DNA of 64,000 nt from Salpingoeca rosetta (Eukaryota; Protista; Choanoflagellata): assembly GCA_033442325.1 (NCBI GenBank), contig JAWQFM010000001.1:1199473-1263472 (forward strand), written 5' to 3'. This document shows positions 40,316 through 59,559 of the stretch, piece by piece. The position numbers and the translations under genes are program-made. The notes beneath the pieces were generated by a model, which ran no database searches, had not been told where the DNA came from, and saw nothing but the letters and a program-made list of their open reading frames with translations. Position 1 is the first letter of the stretch. Each line of letters begins with the position of its first letter.

Positions 40316-41824
40316 CCCGGCGGCAGTCACTCGTGACGTGACGTGAGCATCTGTGGGCTGCTCACCTTGACGTCGTGGTTGTGGTTGTGGTTGTTGTGGT
40401 GGTGGAGAGGTCGGCGCCCGTGAGCAGGTGCAGCCGCACAGCGTCGATGTTGCTCTGAAGTTTCGCGTTGACGCTCGCAGCGGCCTCGATGCTGTCATGT
40501 CAGATGACAATGGCAAAAGGCACAACAGCATGAGCAATACCGTGAAGTGCAAGAAGGAGGGAAGAAGCAGAAGTACCTGCACACACAGACACACACACAC
40601 ATTTGCGCACACGCGCGCCACACACAGACACACATTTGCGCACACGCGCCACACAGACACACAGACACACACACACGTACACACACACACGTACACACAC
40701 GCACGTACACACACGCACACACACACGTACACACACGCACACACACGTACACACACATAAACACACACGCACATGTACATACAGTTGCGCACACGCACGT
40801 ACAGCATCTGCACACCTGATGACGAGACGCTCGCCAAGAAGGGCGTCGTCGAATGCAGTGGAGCGCGTGGTGAAGATGAGACCGGCGCCAGGACTCAAGT
40901 CATCACGAGACACAACAAGCTGAGCAATGACCTGCAATTTGAGTGGGAAGAGCCGGAGCAGGTGATGTGGACGACGGTTACACGATGCATCACATGGGGT
41001 TCTGGCTGGCGCATATCGTTCGCACTGTATGCACGCCGGCAAGGTTTGCACACGAATACAACAACAAGAACGCACAGAACATGACCAAGTGCACGCACAT
41101 GCACACACATACACACCGTGCTGGATTGGGATGTTGACACAGTGATTCGGGTTGTTGGGAAGTCTGCTTGATCTGCACGCCATGCGAGGAAGACAGAAAG
41201 CTGGTAGACGTTGCCAGCCTCTGGCGCGTGCTCGCCGAGGGTTTGCCTAATGCGGCTGCCGGCTTTGAGGTATGCGAGGTTGAGAAACGCGGGCAACTGG
41301 TATTGCAGAAAAGCAAGGTGCGTGACAATGATGTATCGTGTGTTTGCGATGTGAGTGAGTGAGTGAGGTTGTGTTTGTGATGTGATGGGATGTGAGTGAG
41401 TGGGTGAGTGAGGTAGCGCTGGAATTGCCTTGTCCAAGTGTGGCTTGGTGCAAGAAGGAAAGAAAGCTGTTGTTCACGACGCAGGCTGGCGTTCACATGA
41501 AGTGAGAGCGCGTGTGTTGCGTGGGGGTTGCAGCCGTCGTCACAAGGAAAGCAGATACAGCAGGGTTCGGTCACTCACGGGGAGGGTAACTGGGTAGGCT
41601 TGTTTGTTTTGTCGAAAGACGCCCGTGCCATCCGTCTGCTGCCAGTCCTCGATGGTCGTTGAGAATGTGCCCGTCCACGGAAACTCAAATGATGGGTTGC
41701 GCACCAGCACACTCCTGTGTGTGTGTGTGGGGGGGGGGGAGTTGAGTACGCAGCACGCACGCGCACAGGCACATACAGGGAGAGAGGGAGAGACAGACAG
41801 ACACAGACACACGCACGCACAGAC

Positions 41825-41869
<45 letters not shown>

Positions 41870-42274
41870 CACGCACACGCGCGGCCACTGCACTTACGTT
41901 CGAGCTGCAAGTGAGCCTTGGCTGTTGACGAGGAGAAAGAGACATAGTGCAAGCAGCCAAGAGGACAAGGCCCCTCTGAGCCAACCCAGGGCTGGTGCTG
42001 TGTTGTGTTTTGGCGTGCACATTGCATCTGCACATGACCGTGGTGCCAACGTCTGAGCCTCAGTTGGCTTCGACGTCTGCATCACCACCCCGCTGTCCAT
42101 GGGGCAACTTCTCGTTGTTGTTGTTGTTGTTGTTCTTCTTCTTCGTGTTGACCTCTTCTGCCTTGCAGCTGTGCGTGCTGTGCTTGTTGCGCTCGTTGTG
42201 GTGGTGCCTGCAAGGCCTTGCTGCGTGCCAAGCTGCTGTTGGCTGCCAGCGTGCAACAGGCAGCGTCCATCCAT
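33834..42274 (-). CDS. Large secreted modular glycan-binding protein: 3 CBM-like jelly-rolls, FG-GAP/VCBS repeats, golvesin/xanthan-lyase-type CBM-like domain, 2 malectin domains, Thr/Ser mucin linkers
   Basis: Hydrophobic leader [19 protein letters not shown] (about 41970-41905). NPSFE/NPSFE/NNDFE-starting domains near 41700, 39790, 38290. [43 protein letters not shown] repeats (37600-36200). [19 protein letters not shown] (36140-35400). RLNAGG..LYWTERY..LHFAEIY..GQRVFDI and RINCGG..VYQSER..FHFAE..ARVFDL (34945-33840). Start codon uncertain. Confidence 0.85.
39250..39505. repeat. Compound minisatellite GCGTGAACTT(GT)n embedded in TG microsatellite
   Basis: Six GTGAACTTGTGTG units at 39334-39485. 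Confidence 0.85.
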
Positions 42275-42948
42275 GGCCTCTGTCTCTTCTCCGGCAGCGA
42301 AACAATGAATGCGTGTGTTTGGAGCGTGCCGCCCCCACCCGGATCAATGGATGACGAGGGATTCAAGTTTTCCCCCAACGCACGCCTTCTGCTCGTTTTC
42401 GAGTTTCGCGGGGCTGTTGCTGAGCAAACTGCGTGGTCGCTGTGCTCAGCCAACCGGCTTGCTTGCGAGGGTGCTGTCTGTATGTGCTGGTGCTGCTGTA
42501 TGCCTTGGCTCGCGGTATTTGTTGCACTGCCCCACCCACTTCACTTCACTTCGCTTCACCTCTTTCAAAGTTCTCTCTTTCTCCCTTCCTTGCTTGGCTG
42601 GTTGGTTTGTTGGTTGGTTGGTGTCTCCTGCACCACGATGCCGTCGTCTTGGCGAGTGGGTGTCTGTCTGGCTTGGCTAGTTTGTTAAGCACAACCGAAA
42701 AACACACACATGGCTGCTTGCTCTTGCCTCTTGCTGTTGTGCTCCCAACAACGCGACGTTGACTTCGGTGCTATTCGCCACCCGGACAACCGAAAAAGCT
42801 TGTACTACACCCTATGATGTCGTAACCAGCTGCGTTCTGCGGAGCGTGCTCACATCACTTTCTGCCACACACACACACACACACACACACGCGCGCACAC
42901 ACACACGCACACACACACACACACACATACACGCACAAATACATAGTG

Positions 42949-43288
42949 ATGGAGTTGCATGTGCCAGAGTATGGGAAGGTGGACTCTGTGTATGAGCCTG
43001 CAGAGGACACGTTTTTGCTGATTGATGGCTTGGAAGCAGACTTGAAGAACATCCTCGCCATCAAGTGAGCGCTTCTGTACTTGTTGTTCTCTCTTTTTCT
43101 TCAATATGCACACGTGTGTTCACTCGACACCCACTCAAAGCACTCCCCTCGTTGACTCCCTCTTTAACTTACGCTCCCCTCACTCGTTGCAGGCCGCAGC
43201 TGTGTGTTGAAATTGGATCCGGAAGCGGTGTTCCCATCACCTCGCTCGCATGCTTTCTCAAGGACTCTTCAAAATACATGCAAGTCGT

Positions 43289-43376
<88 letters not shown>

Positions 43377-43699
43377 GCTTTGTGAGCAACTTGCTGTGCT
43401 TTCTGTGTTGCGTGTGCGCTGCCATGAGGGCTGTTGCATGCTTCTTTCCGCCCACACCACCGCCGTGCTCGCACGTTGCTTGCTGCGTGCCTACAGGGCG
43501 GTTGATATCAATCCGGACGCCGTCATGTGCACGCAGGATACGTTTCAACGCAACGGCATTGAAGCAGAGTGCCTGCAAGGGGATTTGTTACAGCCGCTCA
43601 TTGATCGCAGCATTAAAGCGGACATTCTCATCTTTAACCCTCCGTACGTCGTAACCCCATCAGAGGAAGTACGTCCATGCATGTGCGCGCTTGTGCGCG

Positions 43700-43752
<53 letters not shown>

Positions 43753-44148
43753 GTGTGTGCGTGTCCGTGAGGTGCGGTGGGTGCATGAAGTGCTGTGCAT
43801 GTCATGTGTGCAATGAGCCAGGGTGGGCTTTTTGTGCCCTATTCAGTCTGCGCTTGGGTGTTGTTTCCGCGACCCCACCCCCCTGCCACCAGGCCTCCAA
43901 TACTCATCTGCACATGCTTCGGTGTTTGTTGGTTTCTGTGCGTGGTGGGTTAGGTTGGTCAGGAAGGCTTGATGGCAGCATGGGCTGGTGGTGCTGATGG
44001 GAGGGAGGTCATTGACCGGTTCCTCCCTCAAGTTCCAGCTGTGCTCACTGACTCTGGAATCCTGTACATGATTGCGCTTCAAGAAAACCTCATTGGCGGC
44101 TCTCTTGGTCAGTGCGCATGTGTGTGTGTGTGTTGTGTGTGTTTGTGC

Positions 44149-44196
<48 letters not shown>

Positions 44197-44457
44197 GTTT
44201 GCGCTTTGTGCGTGTGTGATGCTGTGCACTTTCTTTCGACCACTTGCACTTCCCTCGCTCACTCAACCACACTCTTACACAACCACACACACACTCACAC
44301 ACTCACACATACACACATAACCACGCACACTCTCTGTGTGCCTTCTGTCCCAGATTCGATGCTGCACATGCTGCCGGAATTTGAGGGGGAGATTGTGCTC
44401 AGTCGCCGTGCTGGTGGAGAGCGGTTACACGTCCTCAAGTTTGTGCGTCGTCAGTAA
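42949..44457 (+). CDS. N6AMT1: eRF1 glutamine N5-methyltransferase (HemK2/Mtq2), 5 exons
   Basis: VYEPAEDTFLLIDGLE, CVEIGSGSG, AVDINPDA, IFNPPYVVTP, AWAGGADGREVIDRFLP, RRAGGERLHVLKF..*. Confidence 0.95.
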
Positions 44458-44559
44458 ACGAACGTTTGGTGATGGGCAGAGTGCCACAGGCAGGCGAGGC
44501 AGCAGCGACACCGCGAGACGAGGAGAGGGGAGAGACGAGGGTAGGGGAGAGACGAGGGT

Positions 44560-44659
44560 NNNNNNNNNNNNNNNNNNNNNNNNNNNNNNNNNNNNNNNNN
44601 NNNNNNNNNNNNNNNNNNNNNNNNNNNNNNNNNNNNNNNNNNNNNNNNNNNNNNNNNNN
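44560..44659. other. Assembly gap (100 N)
   Basis: Run of n. Confidence 1.
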
Positions 44660-44761
44660 GGATAGGCGGTCACGAGGGAAGGGGGCTCAGTCTTGCTATT
44701 CGAGTCACTTCCAGATACAGCTACACCAACTACAACTACAACAGCAACAACAACAACAACT

Positions 44762-44852
<91 letters not shown>

Positions 44853-46135
44853 ACCTTGCTCACGTTCATGATGGCATGTTTCAAGGCCCATCGTATTTTC
44901 ACGGAAATTTTCTACCAATTTTCGAGGCTAGTAGGTTGCTCCTGTCATCACACAAACAAACTCAACACACGAGCAACCGAAACAAAACACAGCCCTACAG
45001 CCCACCATGCCTGCCTTGCCAGCCACAATGTCTCACAACACACATCAATCATCGCCAACCATCCATGCATTGATTGCTCTGTCGCTCGTGCTAGTTTGAG
45101 TGTTTGTTTTGGTTTGAACTTGTGGTGGTCCATTCACCTCCACGCACCTCCACACACCTCATTCACATCCACGCACCTTCTTCCTGCTCGCCGCTTCGCC
45201 AAGCTGGTATGCATGCACACATCACCGTTGAACCACAACAATCACCCTTGCTTTTCTTGTTTCGTGTTTCGAACCTTGCTTGTGCGTGTATGCGCGCGTG
45301 TGTGTGTTTGTGTGTGCGTGCGTCTTTGATGCTGTTCCCCCTTGCGGCCCCACGGGCTTCTCTGCGCTGTGCGCGTGCGTCAGCGTGTGTTTATATTTTG
45401 ATTCTGCGTGTGCAGCAATTGCACCTCACCGTCAAACACACCACGCCACACAGCAAACGGACGCAATCGCTCCACATTGCTCCTGCTGCTCCGACGATCG
45501 CGCCCTGGATCCTGATTGATCACCCAGCACGCCAGCGAAGGAGCAAGCAATCACCACACTACCCACCCGTGCCACCCGTGTTGCCACCAGCACCACCAAC
45601 CGCCACAGCTGCCACAACCAACCGACACACCCGCGTCGCCGTTTCCCCTTGGCGCTCGAGCCTGCACGGCTTTCTATTTTTCTTCTCCAAAAGGGAGCTT
45701 GCATCGCATCGTATCGCATCCAACCCCCGCCCCCATCCCTCACCTCCCGTTCCCAAGGCGCGCTCGCCGGATCACCCGCGATCAAGCCTCACCCGCGTCC
45801 ATTGCCAAGAACCCGCTTGCTCGCTCGCTCAGTCTCAGCACTCAAGCTATCGAGCCAACCCAGCCGCCCTCTTTCCCTCGCCAGTGCTTCAAATCACAGC
45901 AGCTGTCATCATCAACGTAGCCCTCACGGCTCACCCTGTGCCCCTGAACCATCCCCGCACCCCCGTTGGCGCAGCTGCAGCACCCCCACACGACTGCATC
46001 TCCACCCACCTACCCTTTGACGAGACGATTGGGTAAACCCGGTCCAGCAACAACACCGCGACCCAGCCATCAAGCAAATTTGCTCATCTTGCTTCTCGGT
46101 CGTGCCTGCGCGCCCCAAAGAAGGCTGCCAGCGGG

Positions 46136-46660
46136 ATGGCCTTCCTCAAGCGCGCCCTGGGCAAGCACAAGCCAAGCATGCTGCAGCGCCAAGGGGCGGA
46201 GGACGAGGAGGCCGATGCCGCCATGGAGCCCTGGGCCAACACCAGCTCCTCTGGCCGCCACTATGAGGACGTTCACCGACAACAGCAGCGGCAGCAGCAG
46301 CAACAACAGCAAGCATACAACCAGCTGCCGCGACAGCAACAGCAACAGCAACATCCCAATCACGGCCATCCATCGCCCGTACCACAGCGAATGCATGACC
46401 CGTACTCCAAGCACGGCGCAGTTCCCAGCGACCTCGCCACAGCAAAGGCCCAGCTGCTGCACGACGCTGCCCAGCTCAGCGCCTTGCAGCTGCCGCTCGC
46501 CCAGCACCACCTGCCAGATAGCGCACATCGCCACCGTCGCCAGCGCGCCTACACCACAATACAGCGCAGCACGCCAGACACCAGCGGAGGCCCGGTCTTC
46601 GCAGATGGCATCGCAGAGTCTGACTATGACGACAAGCAGCCCCACTACCACCACCACCAC

Positions 46661-46696
<36 letters not shown>

Positions 46697-48393
46697 GACC
46701 ACCACAAACACCATCTCCACCATCATCATCGCCACCATCACCATCACTATCACGATGTAACCAACGAGTCGTTGGAAGGTGATGACAGCGACGACTTGCG
46801 CGATGTGGGGTCAAACACAAATCCGGCGCAGAATGCGTCTGGCATCGCCAGCAAAGGTGGTCGAAGCGACCGTCATCAACCCGCAGCCCACCCCAGCGTG
46901 CACTGGAGCGATGGCGTTGGTGGCCGCGAACACAGTGATGACAACAACAACAGCAGCAGCAGTAGCAGCAACAACAGCAGCAGCAGCAACAGCAACAACA
47001 GCAACAGCAACAGCATTCATCGCACAGGCTCGCACTTGCCCACACACGCCCGGCGCGCAAGGCGGGCGCGTGCAGCCACGTTTGCTGCACGCGACATGCA
47101 CTCGCAGCGATACCCTGACGTGAGCAAGCTGCTGCGCAAGCCTGGGCTCACTGCCGACGAGATGGGGCAGGCAGGCCTGCTGGAGGGCCCGGGCGAGCAC
47201 GGCAACGACGACGGCAGCGGCCCAGGGACACCGCTGCTGCGAAGCCGCGCCAGCAGCAACGCAGGCCTGCAGGTCGTCAACTTGGATGACGAGGACGATG
47301 AGGAGGACGAGGACGAGGACGAGGATGGGGGCGAGGAAGGAGGCAATCGAGAGGGAGACGACGGAGTAGCTTCCGGTGTGACAGGGAGCTCTGAGCAACC
47401 GCATGAGGCCACGGCCCAGGGGAGCGCCCAACACACCGCTGAGGATGGTGGCGCGAACGCAGCTGCAAGTGATCAGCACCTGGACAGCACAAGCAGCAAT
47501 GCCAGCAACGCCAGCACCAGCAGCAACGCCAGCGCAGCACGCAGCAAAGCGAGCGCCCACGCAGCACGTGTGCCCCTCCTGCCGGACCCGTGCTTTGAGG
47601 CGCGCGAGTACAGCCAGCGGCTGCCATCTGCGTCGGCGTGCGCCGCCATCCTGCACCACGGCACCGTGGACGACCGTGCGGGTCTCATGGAGGCCATCAT
47701 GGTGCGCTGCGCGCAGGAGGACGACTTTTGCACGTCCTTCTTCACCGACGACCTGCTGAATGTGATGGTGCGCCAGGCTGCTTGCCGCGACGTGGCCACG
47801 AGCAAGCGGGTGGGCAACTTTGCCATGCGCGCGCTGCTGTATGCTGCAGGAAACATCCACCTGTACCCGCGCCTGCTCAAGCACGCGGGCTTGTTTGGCG
47901 CCATTGAGTGCCGGATCCAAGGCAGCGACGTACAGGCGTCTCGGGACGCTGCGCGGCTGCTGAATCAGCTGGCCCGCATCGACCCGGGCACTGGCGACGC
48001 CATCATCACCCACAGCAAGAACATGGCGCGCGCATGCGTGCTGCTGCTGGTGCGCGCGGAACACACGGCCACGCTGCAGCTGTGCTCTGCGCTGGCGGCG
48101 CTGCGCCGCAACACGCTGGACCTGAGCCCCTTTGCCGCCAACGAGGAGCTCCTGGCCACCCTTGTGCAGCTGGTGTGCAGCCCCGTCACGTGCTACGACG
48201 TGCAGGTGGCGGTGGCGCATGCCCTCAATAACCTCGCCTGCGTGTGCCAGAAGGCGCGCAGTGTGCTGTACAGCATGCTGCAGGATGCCCCAGCTCCACC
48301 ACGCGACATGTCCCCAGCCCACTCCTCCGTCCCTCCCAGCCCGAGCCGTGGTGCGGCTGCGAGGGGCGGCACAGACACGGGTCCACAGCAGCC

Positions 48394-48432
<39 letters not shown>

Positions 48433-49741
48433 GCAACAACAACTCCCCAGTGGCGGTCACAGCGCTCTCTTGCGCGGCCGCCGTGCATCCATGCCGTCAT
48501 CAGCCATGGCACGCGGCAGCCCCCAGGCGTCTCCTCCGAGTGCCGTGCCGCGCATGCCCTCGTCGCCACCGCCGATCGGCTCGCAACAGGAGGGTCAGGG
48601 ACAGCACCCAGCACAGCGGGCAGCGCAGCGGTTACGGCGGCGCGGGCAGACGTGTGTTGTGCGCACGGGCGCATCGTCCTCCATGGCCATTCCACCAGCT
48701 GCACAGCACCTGCTCAAACTGCTTCAGGAGACGCCTGGGAACGGCCAGCAGTCGCTCTTTGGTGGCGGGCTGCAGCAACACCAGCAGCACCAGCACCAAC
48801 CGCACGGCCGGACACGGGCCGCGTCTCTCAGCTTGAACTTGCTTCGTGGCATGGCGACTCACTCCTCGGCGCTCGCTGGCCGCCACAGCTCGTCGCCGTC
48901 GTCACCACGTGCGCAGGACGGCAGTGGCATCGGTGGGCATCGGCAGCAGCACGAGGGGCAGCGCCAGCGGCACCACAGCGAGCGTGTGCACTCCACAGCA
49001 AGCCATGCTGCTGTAATGGACGCGGCAAGTGCCGGGGGCCGCAACATGAGCGAGGCGAGCGAGGAGAGCGGGAACGGCAGCAGGGAGCACGTCCCACGCC
49101 GCGACACGCCAAGGCCCGTGGCGTTTGGCGCTGAGGGTACAGGGCGCGATGACGCGTGGTCCGGCTCGGACAGCGTCGATGTGGATGAGTATGGTGACGG
49201 GGATGATGGCAGTGATGAGGAGCAGCAAGAGGAGCAGGGTAACGCTGCCCGGGGTGGTGCTGCAGATGTGGATGACGCAGGTGCGGGCACAATGCAGGAA
49301 GGCACATCCTTGCTTGATGAGCCGCCAGTGGCGGTGCCGGCCGATACGGGCCGCCGCCGCGCCACCTCCATGGGCGCACACGCCATGGTGCTTCAAGCGG
49401 CGCGGGAGAGGCTTCTGCAGCAGCAGTGGCACCAGCAGCAACAAGAACAACAACAGCAGCTGCAGCTGCAGGCGGCCAAAGGGCGGAGAAAGGCCAACAC
49501 GCTTGCTGCTGCACCCGACCCTGCTCTGCTGTTGCAGCTGCAACGCATGCAGGAGCAAGAGCGGCAGCAGCAGGGACAGGGACAGGAGCACCCAGGGGGT
49601 GTGCAGTCGAGTGCGACCCAGTTTTCGCGCGTCCCTGCGCCCACACCGCGACCTCACCGCCAGCTTCCCACCCCTGGCCGTGCTCGTGCCCAGACCCTCA
49701 GCACCATATCCCGCCACCACAGCGCGCGTCCGCCATCATGA
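46136..49741 (+). CDS. Intronless 1201-aa protein: central ARM/HEAT-like helical domain flanked by Q/H/S/D-rich disordered arms
   Basis: 3.6-kb uninterrupted ORF. Helical region about 47600-48280 (AMRALLYAA, DAARLLNQLA, LLATLVQLV..VQVAVAHALNNLA). Confidence 0.75.
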
Positions 49742-50234
49742 TCCCCTCTGTGCACATGTGTGTGTGTGTGTGTCAGTGTGTCAGTGTGTGTGTGTGTCAG
49801 TGTGTGTGTGTGTGTGTGAGTTAGTCTGTGTCTATGTCCTTGTCTTTGTCTATGTGTGTGTGTGAGTTAGTCTGTGCCTATGTCCTTGTCTTTGTCTCTC
49901 TGTGTGTGTCTGTGTGTCTGTGCCGCGTGGCTTCTTTATTGTGCTTTGTTTGTTGATGTCTTTCCGTATCCCTTTCTGGCCTTCCGTTTCCTCGTGCTCT
50001 TGCTTGCTTGCCTGCTTGCACCGTGTGCACTTTCTCTTCGCATCTCATTGTTCACCTTACTTGCTGACTTGCGTACTTGTTTGCCTGCTTTTGTTGTGGT
50101 TGCTTGTCTTTTGTCGTTTGCTGGGATGGCGTGACTGTGATGATGAATGAATCAAATGAACCACTCCTTGAACATTGCGACACCGCTGGTTGTTTGATGG
50201 CAACCCCACATGACATCACATCACTCACACGCAC

Positions 50235-50325
<91 letters not shown>

Positions 50326-50538
50326 GATGCGGTGTTGGCAGTGTCTGCCCAAAACCCCACACAAAACCAAAAAGAAGGCACCAACACTTCGCTACCTGCC
50401 TTGACAGTCGTCCCACATCGTCGAAAAATGCCGTCACATGACGCGAGCAGCAAGAAGGAAGAGCAGCAAGAAGTGGCGTGCCAGCGCCACCGCTGCATTT
50501 TCCTTGTTTCCGATGACAGAGCAGCGTGTGCATGCACG

Positions 50539-52570
<2,032 letters not shown>

Positions 52571-53327
52571 CGTCGTAGTCCACGTGCCTGTGCCAGTGCT
52601 TCTGCCTCCCGTCTCTTCTATTTCATGTCAATACTTTTGCCTACGCTCTTCTTCACTGTATACGATCGAACCACCGTGTTATGACCCTTTGCCCTTCCCT
52701 GCCGTTACCTACATTGGTGTGTGTGTGTGTGTGTGTGTGTGTCTGTGTCTGTGTGTCTGTGTCTGTGTGTCTGTGTCTGTGTGATTGTGTGTGTGTGTGT
52801 GTTCAAGTCACCACACCATTGCATTTCATCTCATGACATCACCACTCGCACCCCCATCGCACGACGCCGTTGTTTGCACACGCTCGTGGACGCGGTGTTC
52901 TTCCTTTGTTCTTACGTTAGCTAGGGCTGTCCTCTGCTCTCTCTCTCTCTCTGCGTGTGCATTGTCAATGTGATATGACGTGAGCCCACCCCACCACTGC
53001 CTGCATTGCTCATTGCTTGTGTGTGAACAAGAAGGCGTTGAGGCCATGGAAAGAGGATGGATGAACTAGGAGGCACTGAGGTGGGGCGTAAAACGTGTAG
53101 TGTGTGGTGTTATCATTAATGAAGTTGGCTCTGCAATGGAACCGAACTGTGGGCATGTTTGTGGGCGTGTTTGTGGGTGCTTCCTCGAGACATACCATCA
53201 ACGTACAAGCAAAGCAAACAAGCACATGAGCACTGCCGCAAACGGCAAGTCAAGTCTCAACGCACGGGCTGGTGGAAGCTGTTGGGCTGTTTGGGAGCAT
53301 GCCAGACACATCTCTGTCGGGATCTGC

Positions 53328-53420
<93 letters not shown>

Positions 53421-53421
53421 C

Positions 53422-53456
<35 letters not shown>

Positions 53457-53507
53457 CAGTGTAGTGTGTGTGTGTGTGTGCAGTGTAGTGTGTGCGTGCG
53501 TGCAGTG

Positions 53508-53581
<74 letters not shown>

Positions 53582-53917
53582 TTGTGTACAGAGTCACAAC
53601 GGCAAGAGGACCAGTGAGTAAAATGAATGGGTGGCACGGCACGTGTCGCAAGTCAACACATCACGCAGCACAATCAGCAACAACAGCAGCAACACAAGAC
53701 TGGAGCACAGGCAGCACCAGCACCACCACCACCACCAGCAGCAACAGAGAAATGAAGGACATCAAATGGAATAGATGCCAGCCAGGGTGAAAACGAGTTG
53801 ACTCAAACACAATGATAGAATGATGATGCCACATACAAAGGCGAGGCAGCACGCAAGCAATGACGCAAAGCACGAGACACAAGGCCAAGTGCTCGGTCAA
53901 TTGGTTGATAACGCCAC

Positions 53918-56890
<2,973 letters not shown>

Positions 56891-57099
56891 CGCGGTGCTT
56901 GGCCTTTGCTTCTTGCTTGCCCTGTTCGCTTGCTTGCTTGCTTGCAGGCAGAAAGAGAAACGGACCGAGAACTGAATTCAGTTTACACATCCAAGCACAC
57001 ACAACGACAACGACCAACACCGACAACAACAAAACAATCGCCTCCTCGCCTCCTTGTTGTCGCCTCTGCTTTCCTGCCTTCCTCCCACCCAACACAACC
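56891..57099. promoter_or_regulatory. Probable bidirectional promoter sulfotransferase/MOB3
   Basis: 209 bp between divergent ATGs. Confidence 0.5.
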
Positions 57100-57281
57100 A
57101 TGTTCCGCGGCGCAAAGGTGTGGAGGTGGTGATGATGGTGGAGAAGGAGGAGGCGGTGGCTGTGATGGAGGAGAAGGTGGTGGTGCATGACACAGTGTAA
57201 GCTTGGTTTATGCAACGCACACAGGCACAACCAAACACACTCAGTCGCTCATTCGCTCATGCCTTCATTCATGCCATTGTG

Positions 57282-57345
<64 letters not shown>

Positions 57346-58961
57346 ACACACGCACACACACACACACACGCACACACACACACACGCATGCATGCACATC
57401 AATAGACGTTTCGGCCCAAGAAGAACTTCAAAGAAGGCACGCTTCGCTATGAGCTGCACAAGAAGGCATCGGTATGTGGCACGTGGCTATGCAAACCCCG
57501 ACAGGGAGTGAGGGGGTCGAGTCTGCATGGGTGTCGTTCTTTTCATTTGGACATTTGACTTTCAGCTGGGTGAGGAGCTCACAATCTTGCTTCCCCCTGT
57601 TGCGCGTGTACCTCTATAATTTGGGGCGAGCATAGGCGTCCCTCAACGCCGGCATGGATTTGAAGGGTTGTGTGCAGCTTCCAGAGGGCGAGGACCTCAA
57701 CGAGTGGCTTGCCATGCACGGTGCGGCAACTTGTGCGGGTGTGCCTGTGTGTGCCTGTGTGCGTGTGTGTACATGCGGCTGGTTCTGTGCGTGTATGTCT
57801 GTATCTGTGTCTATCTTTCTATCTTACACACACACACACACACAATTTCTCTCTCTCTCTCTCGGCTATCTTCGTGCTTTACCTCATGTCGTCCTTCGCA
57901 CAATTGTGCCACTCACCACTCCTTTCTGTTTTGCGCATCACAGTGGTGGACTTCTTCAACCGCATCAACCTCATCTACGGCACAGTGTGCGACGACTGCA
58001 CAGACGAATCTTGCCCCGTCATGTCCGGCGGCCCACAGTATGTTCAATGTTCACACACACACGCACATGCACGTGCATGGCCACCTTGGTTCATAGCACT
58101 CCCCTTTCCACATCATGGACGTCATCCTCTCCCATGTACACACATTCACACAATCGTCGCACCCACAAATGCAAACACACACGCACACGATAGGTATGAG
58201 TACGCGTGGAAGGATGACGTGCACTACAAGAAGCCCACAGTCGTATCTGCACCAAAGGTGAGCCGCCACACTTCCACGTCGTTGTTGGGCAATATCAACC
58301 GCAATGTCCCCTCGATGGTTTCCTTTTGTTGCACAATTTCTGTCGCCTGCCCTCACCCATTCACGCACACACTGGTGCACACTTGCCATTCACCGATTGT
58401 CATTGCGGTGCTTCCCTGTTGCTACTCAGTACATCACGCTGCTGATGGAGTGGATCGAGACCCTCATCAACGACGAGAAAGTGTTTCCACCAGAAGCTCG
58501 TGCGTGTGCATTCGTGCATGTGTCTGTGTGTGCGTGCGTGTGTGTTGATGTGCGTTGATGTTGTTGAAGGTGATGCTGAAGGTGCTGTTGTTAATGACAG
58601 CGTGTGTTGTGTGTATCTTCGTGAGCGGGGCGCTGTTCATGCCATTTCATCAGTGCCTGCACAACCAAAACCATCCTCATTATCGATATGCCACAAGGCT
58701 GCACATGGACACTGTATTGTGACCCTCACGGCTGCGTCGTTGTTCGATGTGTGCTTCTTGCTGTTTTGTTCAACGCAGACATCCCCTTCCCCAAGAACTT
58801 CCACAAGATTGTGCAGCAAATCTTCAAGCGCCTCTTCAGGGTGTTTGTGCACGTGTACTACCACCACTTTGATCGCCTCACCACCATCGGCGCGGTATGT
58901 GTTGTGGTGTGTGCTTGTTTGTGGTGCGTGTGTGGTGTGTTGTTGTGTGTGTGCGTGTGTG

Positions 58962-58996
<35 letters not shown>

Positions 58997-59473
58997 TGTG
59001 CGTGTGTGGTGTGTGTGTGGTGTGTGCGTGTGTGGTGTGTTGTTGTGTGTGTGTGTGTGTGGTGTGTGTGTGTGTGTGGTGTGTGTTGTTGTGTGTGTGT
59101 GGTGTGTTGTTGTGTGTGTGTTAACCGTCTCTCGGAGGAAGAACTGTTGTTGCAGCTACATCCTTTTGTTTCTTTCACGACCTCAATACGATGCGCAACC
59201 AGCTCCCATTGTATGCGCTCTGCCTGTCCACGATCACGTGTCATACTTGACCCGCGAGCGCAATTAGTTCTCATGCCCTCCTTGTCTTCGCTACCGTGAT
59301 TGCCGGTGCTATCCTGTGGTCCACACAGGAGGCGCACATCAACACGTGCTACAAGCACTTCTACTACTTTGTGCGGACGTTTGACCTCGTGCCCGAGAAG
59401 GAGCTCCTGCCCCTGGTGCGTCATTCTTTCTCCTCCCTCTCACTCTGTCTTCACACACACACGCACACAACAC

Positions 59474-59559
<86 letters not shown>

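Noticed and set aside
46811-48460. 549-aa minus-strand ORF (also 9391-11292)
   Set aside because: Shadow ORFs of GC-rich sense genes.
49741-50538. Splicing of the ARM-like ORF onto the bZIP
   Set aside because: No convincing donor near the ORF end; the ORF has its own stop. Would need RNA evidence.
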